Shown here: in pieces, positions 17,671-26,794 of the stretch
How the letters are laid out: each line of letters begins with the position of its first letter
Numbering within the stretch: the first letter of the stretch is position 1
DNA from: Candidatus Rariloculaceae bacterium
GTDB taxonomy: Bacteria > Pseudomonadota > Gammaproteobacteria > Steroidobacterales > Rariloculaceae
Direction: 5' to 3'
Length of the DNA: 64,000 nucleotides
Assembly: GCA_965262365.1 (NCBI GenBank)
Contig: OZ253541.1
Span: forward strand, 1,092,614-1,156,613
Notes under the pieces: model-generated
What the model saw: the letters and a program-made list of their open reading frames with translations, nothing else
What the model was told of the DNA's origin: nothing
Database searches by the model: none
Position numbers and translations under genes: made by a program

Positions 17671-20034
17671 ATGCGCGACGATTCAAGCTCGCGGATGATC
17701 GGTCGACGGCTTCCACGACGGGAAGACGGTCGTCTGCTGACCGGCCAGGGGCGTTTCAGCGACGATGTCAACGTGGCAGGGCAATGCTATGCGCAGTTTG
17801 TCCGCTCGCCCTACGCCCATGCCGCGATAAACGGGGTCGACACCACCGATGCGTTGCTGTTGCCCGGCGTTGTCGCGATCCTCACCGGAGAGGACTGGAA
17901 CGCGGACGGCCACGGAAATATCTTTCACATCGCCGATCCGGCGGACGGCTGCGACCCCAAGACCAAGACATTCGCCGACCGCGGCGGGTTCGTATTCGAC
18001 GATGGCCAGCCCGTGATTGCTACGGACAAGGTGCGTCACGTGGGCGAACCGGTGGCGATCGTCGTGGCGGAGTCGGCGGATGCCGCCAAGGATGCCGTTG
18101 AACTGGTCATGGTCGACTACGACGAACTGCCGGCGGCATCGACCATCGACTCGGCACTGTCCGGGGATGCATGGCGCATTTGGGACGGTGCGCCCGGCAA
18201 CCTGTGCCTTGACACACTTATGTGGGACGAAGAATCCCAGGTCGAGTCTGCGTTTGGGAACGCGGCGCACGTGATCGAGCGGTCGTTCACGAACAACCGG
18301 ATCGCTGGCTGCCAGATGGAACCCAGGAGCGGCGTGGGCGACTACGATTCGGGGACTGGACGTTACTTCCTCTACGCCGGGAGCCAGGGATCCATTCGGC
18401 TCAAGAACGGTCTGATGAGGGTGTTTGGCGTATCGGCCGACAAGGTCAGGGTCGTTTCCGAAGATGTTGGCGGCGGGTTCGGTCCGCGCAACTTCCTCTA
18501 CCCGGACTTCGTCCTGCTGACCTGGGCCGCCCGCCGCACGGGACGCCCGGTCAAATGGACCTCGACTCGCGGTGAGGCCTTCCTGAGCGATACCCAGGGC
18601 CGCGACAATATCCTCAAGCTCGCCCTCGCGTTCGACGACCGGCACCGCCTGGCCGGGGTAAAGATGGATTTTCTGGCCAATATCGGCGCCGCGCCGGTTT
18701 CCTACGCACCGGTTCAGAACGTCGCGCGGCTGTGTACCACCGTGTACCACGCACCGGTGGCCCGTGCCCGGGTTCGCGGGGTGCTGACCAACACGGTCCC
18801 GACCGGACCCTATCGCGGAGCGGGCCGGCCCGAGATGATCTACGCATTCGAACGTCTGCTGGATACCTATGCTCGGGAACAGGGGATCGATCGAATCGAA
18901 CTACGGCGGCGTAACCTGATTCCGGCAGACGCATTGCCCTACAACGGCAGGACCGGGCTCAGCATCGACTCCGGCGAATTCGAGAAGAACATGGACATGG
19001 TCATGGAACTGGCGGACTGGAAGGGGTTCGATCGACGCCGCGAGCGGTCGGAGTCCTCGGGACGACTGCGTGGCATCGGGATTGCCAATTTCATGGAGAT
19101 ACCGGTCGGCTTCCCGCACGAAACCGCGGACCTGGCGGTAACCGGCGACGGTCGAGTGGAACTGACCGTCGGGACCCAGTCGATGGGCATGGGCCACGAG
19201 ACGGTGTTCGCGCAGGTTCTGGCGGACCGGTTGGGTGTGCCGCTGGACTGTGTCGATCTCCTGACCGGGGACACCGACCTGACCGGACTGGGCGGTGGGG
19301 CCCACTCGGACCGCTCCATGCGGCTGGTGGGGACGCTCATGGTCGAAGCCGCTGCGTCGCTCATAGCCAGGGCCAGGGGGCTCGCCTCCCGGGTTCTTGG
19401 GGTCTCGGAAGAGGAAGTATCTTTCGTGGACGGCAACTTTGTCGGGGGGCAATCAGGGAGCGTGAGCCTGTTCGAACTCGCGGCGCTGCTGGAGTCCGGA
19501 GACGTTTCCGGTCATGGGTCCGCAAAGCTGACCGTCAGGGAGGTCATTCACGATCGCTTGCCCGCGTTCCCGAACGGCTGCGCCTGTTCGGAAGTGGAGG
19601 TGGACCCTGAAACCGGCGAGGTCGAGTTGGTGCGCCACTCGCTCATCCACGACGCGGGCCTGGAAATCAACCCGATGATCGTGGAAGGGCAGGGCCACGG
19701 CGGTATCGCACAGGGCATCGGCCAGGCGATTTGCGAGGACTTCATCTACGAAGAGTCCGGCGCGCAGATTCTCTCGGGAAGCTTCATGGACTACTGCCTG
19801 CCCCGGGCAGACGATCTGCCCAATTTCGATCTCGGTTCCAACCCCACCGCGGCCGCGAGCAACCCGCTCGGCGTGAAGGGCGGAGGGGAGGGCGGCACCA
19901 CACCGGCGCTGGGCGCCTTCTTCAATGCGCTGCATGACGCGCTCGAACCGCTGGGCATTCGGGAGATCCCCATGCCCGCCACGTCTAATCGGGTGTGGGA
20001 ATTGATCGCCCGGTCGCGTGTGGGCAACGCGTGA
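17671..20034 (+). CDS. xanthine dehydrogenase/aldehyde oxidase/CoxL-family molybdopterin-binding large subunit
   Basis: IGRRLPRREDGRLLTGQGRFSDDV N-terminus and TGPYRGAGRPE motif. 787 aa. No FeS or FAD subunit gene is adjacent. Confidence 0.85.
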   Translation: MRDDSSSRMIGRRLPRREDGRLLTGQGRFSDDVNVAGQCYAQFVRSPYAHAAINGVDTTDALLLPGVVAILTGEDWNADGHGNIFHIADPADGCDPKTKTFADRGGFVFDDGQPVIATDKVRHVGEPVAIVVAESADAAKDAVELVMVDYDELPAASTIDSALSGDAWRIWDGAPGNLCLDTLMWDEESQVESAFGNAAHVIERSFTNNRIAGCQMEPRSGVGDYDSGTGRYFLYAGSQGSIRLKNGLMRVFGVSADKVRVVSEDVGGGFGPRNFLYPDFVLLTWAARRTGRPVKWTSTRGEAFLSDTQGRDNILKLALAFDDRHRLAGVKMDFLANIGAAPVSYAPVQNVARLCTTVYHAPVARARVRGVLTNTVPTGPYRGAGRPEMIYAFERLLDTYAREQGIDRIELRRRNLIPADALPYNGRTGLSIDSGEFEKNMDMVMELADWKGFDRRRERSESSGRLRGIGIANFMEIPVGFPHETADLAVTGDGRVELTVGTQSMGMGHETVFAQVLADRLGVPLDCVDLLTGDTDLTGLGGGAHSDRSMRLVGTLMVEAAASLIARARGLASRVLGVSEEEVSFVDGNFVGGQSGSVSLFELAALLESGDVSGHGSAKLTVREVIHDRLPAFPNGCACSEVEVDPETGEVELVRHSLIHDAGLEINPMIVEGQGHGGIAQGIGQAICEDFIYEESGAQILSGSFMDYCLPRADDLPNFDLGSNPTAAASNPLGVKGGGEGGTTPALGAFFNALHDALEPLGIREIPMPATSNRVWELIARSRVGNA

Positions 20035-20111
20035 CTGGCGCCGGACGCATCGCCGGTCTCCGTTCGACGCGCGTTGTCGCTCCAAGCGCGTCGCCGGCCG
20101 CGCAGATATTC

Positions 20112-20555
20112 TCACTGCAACGCCTCTCGCAGCGCCTGCGCGATTTGTCTTTGCTCCTCAATTGGAATCACGTCGTAGTTCCGTTGCAGGTAGAGTTTCT
20201 CCCTTTCACTGTGCTCGTATTTCGGAACGACGTGAACATGAAAGTGCGGTTCGTGCTGAGAGGCTTTTAGTCCATTGTTCTGGTAGATGTTGGCGCCGAC
20301 AGCACCGAAGGCTCGCTCGGCGGCCAGCGCCATGCGCTTCGCCAATCGGTGGACCGCATCGACCTCGTGTTCTTCGATATCCAGAATGGTCTCGCGATGA
20401 CATTTCGGAATGATCAACATCGCTCCCTGCTCGTATTGCCTTTCATCAATTTCGGCTGCAGCGTACTCGTTGTCCGAGACAAAGGCGCACTCTCTATCTC
20501 CGGATAGATCCAGGCAGAAACTACAGGATTTGTAAGGAGCAACAGGAAACGGCAT
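20112..20555 (-). CDS. HIT-family protein
   Basis: CSFC near the N-terminus and the histidine triad HEPHFHVHVVP. Local GC is visibly lower than in the flanks. Confidence 0.85.
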   Translation of the reverse strand: MPFPVAPYKSCSFCLDLSGDRECAFVSDNEYAAAEIDERQYEQGAMLIIPKCHRETILDIEEHEVDAVHRLAKRMALAAERAFGAVGANIYQNNGLKASQHEPHFHVHVVPKYEHSEREKLYLQRNYDVIPIEEQRQIAQALREALQ

Positions 20556-20589
20556 CGTTCATCCTTTGTTTTAATCGCGAATCAGGAAA

Positions 20590-21009
20590 ATGGGCACATT
20601 GGTGATGGATATCGCACGGAAGGTTCTGAAAGTATTGACTGTGATGACGGCGGGATTGGTCGCCCTCTTATTTCCCGTGATGCTGTTTGCCTTTCAGGGG
20701 CTCGGCGAAATTGATCTTGAGGCGGTGGTGTTTCTGGTGAGCTTGTACCTGATTCATCCGGTGTCACTTGTGCTGATTTTCATGGCGTCATTCGGCAAGA
20801 TTGCTGAGGGACGGCCGGCACACCTGGCGACTGGTTTCATTGCCCTCAATGCCGTGTGTCAGCTTGCCGTGGCCGCCATCATCCAGGCGGACGTCATCAG
20901 GGGCGACTCGATAATTCCGATCCTGATTGCCGTTCCCTCGTTTCTCTACTTGCTCAACTACTGCATTGACGCGTTGTCGAAGCCCGGACAAGCAGGGGAA
21001 ACCAACTAA
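20590..21009 (+). CDS. hypothetical multi-pass membrane protein
   Basis: 139 aa with about four hydrophobic stretches and no recognisable motif. Confidence 0.45.
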   Translation: MGTLVMDIARKVLKVLTVMTAGLVALLFPVMLFAFQGLGEIDLEAVVFLVSLYLIHPVSLVLIFMASFGKIAEGRPAHLATGFIALNAVCQLAVAAIIQADVIRGDSIIPILIAVPSFLYLLNYCIDALSKPGQAGETN

Positions 21010-21194
21010 TCCCGCCTTTGATTACGGCGTGCTCACCGCCTTTACGTGCGGTAACACGATCAACAGCATCAACAACAACCAATCACTTGCTGCCTGGATT
21101 AACCGATCGGCGCACGGGAGGACGACCGGAAATTCGACCTCGCCATCGCCGACTTGGAGCGCGTCGATGAAGAGGCGCAAAATCCGCCAACAAG

Positions 21195-21863
21195 TCAGGA
21201 TCCCGGAAGAGAGTCGGGAAACAAGGTCCGTTGACCGCGTTTTGCAACTTCTGATTGGGAATGATTGGAATAGGTGTTCCAATCGGGCGCGTAGTCGTCG
21301 GCTTGGTTCCCCCACACACACCAACCATCGCGCTTCCCTCGGGCGAACAGCTCGATATACGGGCCGGGGCTGCAGGCTTCGATCAGCGCGTACTGCTCAT
21401 CCGGCTTCCGGCTGTGCTCCCGTTTGCGCGAGACGATGATGTTTTCCTGTCGACGGCCCTGCGCGAGCGTGCGCGCATTGCGTCCTCGAATGCCGAAGAG
21501 AATGACTTCCGTCACGTTGCGGAAGTAGAAACCCACGCCGCGTCGATCCGGTCCACCGTCCTTGCGAACCTTGTACCACACGAGGTTGGTCTTGTATTCG
21601 AATCCCCACTGCCGCATGACCTCCAGCCCATACGGCAGTAGCGCGTTGGGAATCCACAGGTACAGGTGGGCGGTATCCGCGACAATGCCGGGCACGGGCA
21701 ATTCGCCGATTTCGTCAAACGACATTGTTGTGTAGCGGGACAACCGCTTGTGTTCGGGGGCCATCTTGCCGGTTTTGTTGGCGAACCGCCATGGCGGATC
21801 CGCCAAGACTGTCGCGAATTTTCGATTACCGACCCTCTCCAGGAGATCCTCAGCGGCGTTCAT
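21195..21863 (-). CDS. MT-A70-family N6-adenine methyltransferase (no intact partner endonuclease seen)
   Basis: VLADPPWRF (DPPW catalytic motif), then LYLWIPNALL and EHSRKPDE blocks typical of MT-A70. Confidence 0.8.
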   Translation of the reverse strand: MNAAEDLLERVGNRKFATVLADPPWRFANKTGKMAPEHKRLSRYTTMSFDEIGELPVPGIVADTAHLYLWIPNALLPYGLEVMRQWGFEYKTNLVWYKVRKDGGPDRRGVGFYFRNVTEVILFGIRGRNARTLAQGRRQENIIVSRKREHSRKPDEQYALIEACSPGPYIELFARGKRDGWCVWGNQADDYAPDWNTYSNHSQSEVAKRGQRTLFPDSLPGS

Positions 21864-22033
21864 TCATCGTCCTCCACGTAGAGCCTCTTCGAAATCCCAA
21901 AAACCAGCAGCGGGCATCCGCCGCCGCCGCCACCCTCAATCGGAAAGTCTTCATGCAGTACTGCACAGGCGTGCTTCCATTCGTGTACTTCGTAGTTATC
22001 ACGAATGAATCTTGGTAGCAGACCGATGCTCAT
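21860..22033 (-). CDS. 57-codon ORF translationally coupled (ATGA overlap) to the MT-A70 gene; possible remnant of a partner gene
   Basis: MSIGLLPRFIRDNYEVHEWKHACAVLHEDFPIEGGGGGGCPLLVFGISKRLYVEDDE. Its stop overlaps the methylase ATG. It contains a (GGC)n-type run encoding six Gly. Confidence 0.35.
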   Translation of the reverse strand: MSIGLLPRFIRDNYEVHEWKHACAVLHEDFPIEGGGGGGCPLLVFGISKRLYVEDDE

Positions 22034-22050
22034 CGGGGTCGCCTCGCCAT

Positions 22051-23379
22051 TCAACTGGCATTTGCCTGAGACGCGGGTCTCGGCAACACGATCAACAGCA
22101 TCAACAACAGCCCAAGCACCTGCGGCACCGCGTATATCCAGTAGACCCCGCTGGTCGTCCAACCCGCGGCAAACAACAGACCCGCGAATGCGGGGCTCAA
22201 CGTGGAACCGATCCGGCCGATGCCGATGGCCCAGCCCACGCCGGTGGTGCGGACATGGGCCGGGTAGATGCACGCGGCGGTGGCGAAGAGTCCCGCGATG
22301 CAGCCGTAGACGAAGAAACCGATCGCCGTGGCCAGCACGATGATCAGGTTGAGCTGGGTTCCCGCGAATGACAGCAGGATAATGGCCACCATACAGCTGA
22401 AGAAATACCACTTGATCATCCTCAGCAGGCCCAGTTGCGTGGAGAAATAGCCCAGCAGCATCATGCCCACTGCTCCGCCAAGGCCGAAGAAGATGTTGAC
22501 GGAGATGCCCTCCGAGAGCGCCAGTCCCGCTTCGGTGATGATGGTGGGCAGCCAGTTCTGAAAGAAGAACAGGGTTCCGAACGCACAGAAGAAGCCGCCC
22601 CACAGCGCGAATGTCGATCTTCGGGTCCCGGATGCAAAAACCTCGGCGAACCGGATTTTCTCTTCGGCCTGTGGCCGTTCGGGAAGTGCAGTGAGCGCGG
22701 GCCGGCCAATCCGGGTCAGGATCCGATTGGCGCGTTCCAGGGCGTTTTCCGGCTGTTTTGTGAGTAGGAAGTCCACCGATTCCGGGAGGCCCACGTAGAC
22801 GATCGGAATCATGATCGCCGATGCCGTGCCGGCAACCACGAAGATGGATCGCCAGCCGTACGTGCCGACGATGCCGAAGGCAACCAGCCCCGCGATGATG
22901 GCCCCGGCCGTGAAGCCAAAGTGCATGAAGCTGAGTGCGAAGTTGCGCCGCTCTTCCGACGAATATTCGGCGACCAGGGTATTGAGGCTTGCGAGGATCG
23001 CCCCGATGCCCAGTCCGGTGATGAATCGGGCGGCAATCACGAGGTTGAGCGACGGCGCCACGGCCGTGAGGAACAGACCGACGGTGATCAGCACAAGAAA
23101 CGCCAGCACGGTATTGCGCCGACCGTAGACATCCGCGAGGGGCGCCAGCAGGAAGGAGGCAACGGTCATGCCGGCAACACCGGAGCTGAAAAGCAGTCCG
23201 AGTTGCTCCGGCGATACGCCCCACTCGCTGCGTATGACCGGAGCGGCGACGGCGATGACAAACAGGTCGAATCCATCCAGCGTATTCAGTATCCAGCAGA
23301 TGATGACGACGCGGATCTGCAGCGGCGCCATTTTCTGTTGACCCAGGGCGTAGCTGACGCCGGCACTCGTAGAACTCAT
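22051..23379 (-). CDS. MFS transporter, aromatic-acid/H+ symporter-like
   Basis: 442 aa with a 12-TM pattern. LDGFDLFVIAVAAPVIRSEWGVSPEQLGLLFS and PLADVYGRRN are loop motifs typical of AAHS-type MFS. Confidence 0.8.
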   Translation of the reverse strand: MSSTSAGVSYALGQQKMAPLQIRVVIICWILNTLDGFDLFVIAVAAPVIRSEWGVSPEQLGLLFSSGVAGMTVASFLLAPLADVYGRRNTVLAFLVLITVGLFLTAVAPSLNLVIAARFITGLGIGAILASLNTLVAEYSSEERRNFALSFMHFGFTAGAIIAGLVAFGIVGTYGWRSIFVVAGTASAIMIPIVYVGLPESVDFLLTKQPENALERANRILTRIGRPALTALPERPQAEEKIRFAEVFASGTRRSTFALWGGFFCAFGTLFFFQNWLPTIITEAGLALSEGISVNIFFGLGGAVGMMLLGYFSTQLGLLRMIKWYFFSCMVAIILLSFAGTQLNLIIVLATAIGFFVYGCIAGLFATAACIYPAHVRTTGVGWAIGIGRIGSTLSPAFAGLLFAAGWTTSGVYWIYAVPQVLGLLLMLLIVLPRPASQANAS

Positions 23380-23445
23380 TCGATAGGCTCCGTATTCAAT
23401 GGACTCCGTGGACGCAATAGTCTCAACGTATTCGACAGGTTTCGC

Positions 23446-24516
23446 CTAGAGCGAGAAAACCCGTTCCGCGTTTTCCTGGTAGATCATGCGGCGGTCCGCG
23501 GCGGATATGGGCGCATTGTCCAGCCAGCGGGTTCCCTGTTCGCTGGAGGCAAACGGCGAATCCACGGCAAACATGATGCGCTCCGCGCCCAGGACGTCGA
23601 GGCACAGGGTGAGCGTCGGGTCCCAGAACATGGCGCTGGTTGTGATGTGGATATTGTCCCTGAAGTACTCGCTGGGTCTGCGTTGCAGTTCCGGCATGCC
23701 GGTGCGTGCCGAGACCTCGTCCAGTCGGCTCAGCCAGAAGGGGATGCCTTCGCCCATATGGCCCAGCACGATCTGCAGCCTCGGGAATTGGTCGAATACA
23801 CCGCCCATGATCAGGCGCATCACGTGCAGCGATGCTTCCGCGGCGAACCCCCACAAGGCCCTGTCCAACAGGTAGTCGGTGTACGCGTCGTACATCTGCG
23901 CGGGCGGCGTCCTGGGGTGCAGGTAGACCGGCGTGTCCAGGGCCTGTGCGGCTTCCAGGATCGGCCAGAACTTCGGATCGTCCAGGTGTTCGCCATTGGT
24001 GTGCGAATTGATCAGGAGTCCGTTCAGGCCGAGGCTGGAAACCGCCCGCTCCAATTCCTGGGCGCCGGCCTGGGGATCCTGCGGGGCCACGAGGGCCAGA
24101 CCCGCGAAACGGTCGGGATGACGGCCGATCGCCTCCGCCAGGCGGTCGTTGACAAGCCGCGCCAGTTCGTTGCCCTGTGCGGGATCGAACGGCTGTACGC
24201 CGGGCGACCAGTGCGAGAGAACCTGGACATCCACGCCCGCGGCATCCATCGCCGCGATCCGGGCCTCGCCGAGATCGGTCAGTGTGCGAATCGTGTCGGT
24301 GACCACATAGGGGGGTGCGGTGAGGCCGGGTTCCCGATCGGGTTCGTTCTCCACCAGGACGCGCAAGGCATCCAGCACCTCCGGGACGGCAAAGGTCTCT
24401 TCGACAGCGATTCGCCTGACCGCGGCCGATTCCGCCTCCTGTGCCCGAGCGGTACTGGCAACGGCATAGGCTGATGAAGCCGCCATCGCCTCCTTTAGAA
24501 AAGTTCTTCTGTCCAT
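23446..24516 (-). CDS. amidohydrolase-2 (ACMSD/LigW-type decarboxylase/hydrolase) family protein with a twin-arginine signal
   Basis: ATG 24516 gives MDRRTFLKEAMAASSAYAVASTARAQ (RRxFLK). The body carries IAVEETF ... INSHTNG ... LHPRTP ... VLGHMGEGIPF ... MFAVDSPF, as in Amidohydro_2 enzymes. Confidence 0.8.
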   Translation of the reverse strand: MDRRTFLKEAMAASSAYAVASTARAQEAESAAVRRIAVEETFAVPEVLDALRVLVENEPDREPGLTAPPYVVTDTIRTLTDLGEARIAAMDAAGVDVQVLSHWSPGVQPFDPAQGNELARLVNDRLAEAIGRHPDRFAGLALVAPQDPQAGAQELERAVSSLGLNGLLINSHTNGEHLDDPKFWPILEAAQALDTPVYLHPRTPPAQMYDAYTDYLLDRALWGFAAEASLHVMRLIMGGVFDQFPRLQIVLGHMGEGIPFWLSRLDEVSARTGMPELQRRPSEYFRDNIHITTSAMFWDPTLTLCLDVLGAERIMFAVDSPFASSEQGTRWLDNAPISAADRRMIYQENAERVFSL

Positions 24517-24648
24517 GCAAATGGCTCCGGTCGATCCGCGGTTGTGTACCAACGGAATGCAATTGTTATGAGCTTGCCAAAAAAATCTATAAGGAACGCG
24601 CCGGGAACACAGTCCGGGCGCGCTACTGACCATATACAATAGCGGACA

Positions 24649-25296
24649 ATGAGTTCAACTGACCAGAATCCCGGCCGCAATTGGCGAGTGTCTCGCGTCG
24701 CATCGACACCGGCGAGGCGCCCGGCCGGCGTCCTGTTCCCGCTGCTCATGGTCACGGCAATGTTGAGTTCGCATGCGGCTGTCGCCCACCATTCCTTCGC
24801 GCAGCGGGTGGCTGGTGAGCTGCAATCCATTGAAATTCATGAAGGTACGATCGAGCTGTACAAAATGCTCAATCCTCACAGTGCGCTGATCGTGCGAGTG
24901 GACGGTGAAGACACTTCGGGTGAGGACGCGGCCGGCGAAGACTGGCTGATCGAACTCAGCTCGGCTTCGACCCTCGGGCGCGAGGGGTGGACGGACGATT
25001 TTCTCAGCGCCGGCGACCGGGTGAGCATCGCGATTCTCGCATCCCGTACGCCGAACCGCGGCCGCCTCCGGGCGCTGCTGGTGCACGCAAACGATGCCGC
25101 AGGGGCGTCCCGGTTGATCGTGGCGTACGGGATTCGCGGGGATACCCCGATCATGCGGCGGCTCCGTGACCGGCTGCCCACGTGTGCTGGCATCGAGGCC
25201 CGGCTGGAGCGGGGCGAATGCTTCATGGCGGAGCCTGCCGCACTGCGTGCGCTGGAAGAAGAATTCCCGGGCAAGATGGGATACATCCTGCCATGA
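24649..25296 (+). CDS. exported N-module protein with a C-terminal extension
   Basis: ...LLMVTAMLSSHAAVA then HHSFAQRVAGELQSIEIHEGTIELYKMLNPH. An extra ~90-aa tail carries two Cys. It is divergent from the amidohydrolase gene. Confidence 0.7.
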   Translation: MSSTDQNPGRNWRVSRVASTPARRPAGVLFPLLMVTAMLSSHAAVAHHSFAQRVAGELQSIEIHEGTIELYKMLNPHSALIVRVDGEDTSGEDAAGEDWLIELSSASTLGREGWTDDFLSAGDRVSIAILASRTPNRGRLRALLVHANDAAGASRLIVAYGIRGDTPIMRRLRDRLPTCAGIEARLERGECFMAEPAALRALEEEFPGKMGYILP

Positions 25297-26042
25297 GACT
25301 GGCACGTGGCTTCCTGTCGGCCGGTGCCGTGGGGCGTTGTTCAGTCCGCTGCCTGTGGTGGCTGATGGTGCTGATTGGTTGTACCTGCGGTGCTGCGGCC
25401 AGCGCCCAGGCTCCGGACTTCTTCGGTCGATACGTCGGCGAGCTGGCCATCGCCGAGCCCGCGGAATATGTGCTTACCCAGCAGGGCCAGTTTGCCTTCG
25501 ACAACTACGACCCGGACTACGGCGACCCTCGCCAGTGGGACGATTGCGAACCCGAAGGGGTTCCCGCGATCCTGCTCACGCTTGGCGTGGCTACCGTGGA
25601 TTTCGTGCGGGTGGACGGCACCGTAGAGATGCGCTTCGAGCGCGACGATGCCGTTCGCGTCATCCATATGAACGCCGCCGAACCGCCGCCGGATCAGCCT
25701 CATACAGTGCTCGGTTACTCCCGCGGACATTGGGACGGCGATGTCTTCGTCATCGAGACCTCGCACCTGACGGCGGGCGTCGTCATTGCGCAAACGAGCT
25801 ATCCCATGAGCGAGGATGCGTTCGTGGTGGAGCGCTACTGGCGTGAACCCGGTGAGAACGACCTGCAGATGGACGTAACGGTAGAGGACCCGGTGAACTA
25901 CGGGCAACCCGTTACGATCGGCCGGGAGTGGGTCTGGTCGCCCGATGCGCCGAAGCTTCCCTGGAATTGCGTGAGCCTCGGGCCCCGACACACGGACGAT
26001 CTGGACATCGATGAGCTCAGACGCAGGCTGGAAGAGCTGTAG
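25293..26042 (+). CDS. exported stand-alone C-module protein
   Basis: ATG 25293 overlaps the upstream TGA (ATGA). Signal ...LIGCTCGAAASAQA. Motifs: DDCEPEGVP ... GYSRGHWDGDVFVIETSH ... VEDPVNY ... PWNC. Confidence 0.8.
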   Translation: MRLARGFLSAGAVGRCSVRCLWWLMVLIGCTCGAAASAQAPDFFGRYVGELAIAEPAEYVLTQQGQFAFDNYDPDYGDPRQWDDCEPEGVPAILLTLGVATVDFVRVDGTVEMRFERDDAVRVIHMNAAEPPPDQPHTVLGYSRGHWDGDVFVIETSHLTAGVVIAQTSYPMSEDAFVVERYWREPGENDLQMDVTVEDPVNYGQPVTIGREWVWSPDAPKLPWNCVSLGPRHTDDLDIDELRRRLEEL

Positions 26043-26116
26043 GCAACGCCGATAGCGGCAGGCAAGTATCACCAACCGGCCACCGCGGCTCCGGTCGCGC
26101 GTGCAGGGAATAGTTT

Positions 26117-26596
26117 ATGGACGTATCGGGCGAGTATCGATTGTCGCTGAGCAGGCAGGCTGTCTGGAACGCGCTGCTGGACCCGGCGGTTCTGCAGCAA
26201 TGCATTCCCGGCTGCGAGGCGTTCGAGAAACTGGGGGACGACCGGTACCGGGCAACCGTGAAAACCGCGATCGGGCCCGTGAAGGCAAAGTTCATCAGCG
26301 AGCTCGGTATCGTCAACGCTCAGCCGCCCGAGAGCTATCGCCTCGAGGGGGAGGGCAAGGCCGGCGCCGTCGGATTCGGCCGGGGCGCGGCAGACGTCAC
26401 GCTGACAGAGGAGGGCGGTGAAACGGTCCTGAGCTACTCGGCTGACTTCCAGGTCGGCGGGCGTCTGGCGCAGATCGGATCACGACTTGTAGTGGGTGCG
26501 ACCCGCAAGATCGCCGATGAATTCTTTGGCCGCCTGGCCGGTGTCATCGACGAACATGCGGAAAGAGTTGAGCCGCCGAAGGGCGGCTGTTGTTAG
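26117..26596 (+). CDS. CoxG-family (SRPBCC) protein whose 3' end is replaced by the transposon insertion
   Basis: MDVSGEYRLSLSRQAVWNALLDPAVLQQCIPGCE ... GRLAQIGSRLV is the CoxG pattern. The last three codons (tgt tgt tag) are supplied by the transposon left end. Confidence 0.75.
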   Translation: MDVSGEYRLSLSRQAVWNALLDPAVLQQCIPGCEAFEKLGDDRYRATVKTAIGPVKAKFISELGIVNAQPPESYRLEGEGKAGAVGFGRGAADVTLTEEGGETVLSYSADFQVGGRLAQIGSRLVVGATRKIADEFFGRLAGVIDEHAERVEPPKGGCC

Positions 26597-26600
26597 GCAC
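26588..26600. repeat. transposon left terminal inverted repeat
   Basis: TGTTGTTAGGCAC, preceded by GGCGGC. Confidence 0.75.
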
Positions 26601-26794
26601 ATTCTTTCACTGAACCACCGAGCCTTTTGGTCGGTTTATCTTCCTGGTGAAACGTCTGACGTGGTGGATTAATCCGGCACGGCCAAGTCGGCGTTGACGT
26701 AGCGTTATCCACGGGCTGTCCACGGGCGCGGGCCCTTGGTCAGCCCTGTCGCCGGTGGGCAGGCGGTGGATAACGCGGTGCTGGCGCGACCGAC

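Noticed and set aside
21860-23224. 454-aa minus-strand ORF spanning the MFS gene region
   Set aside because: Most of it overlaps the well-supported MFS transporter in another frame and reads as low complexity. Only its last 57 codons, downstream of the MFS stop, are kept as a candidate small ORF.
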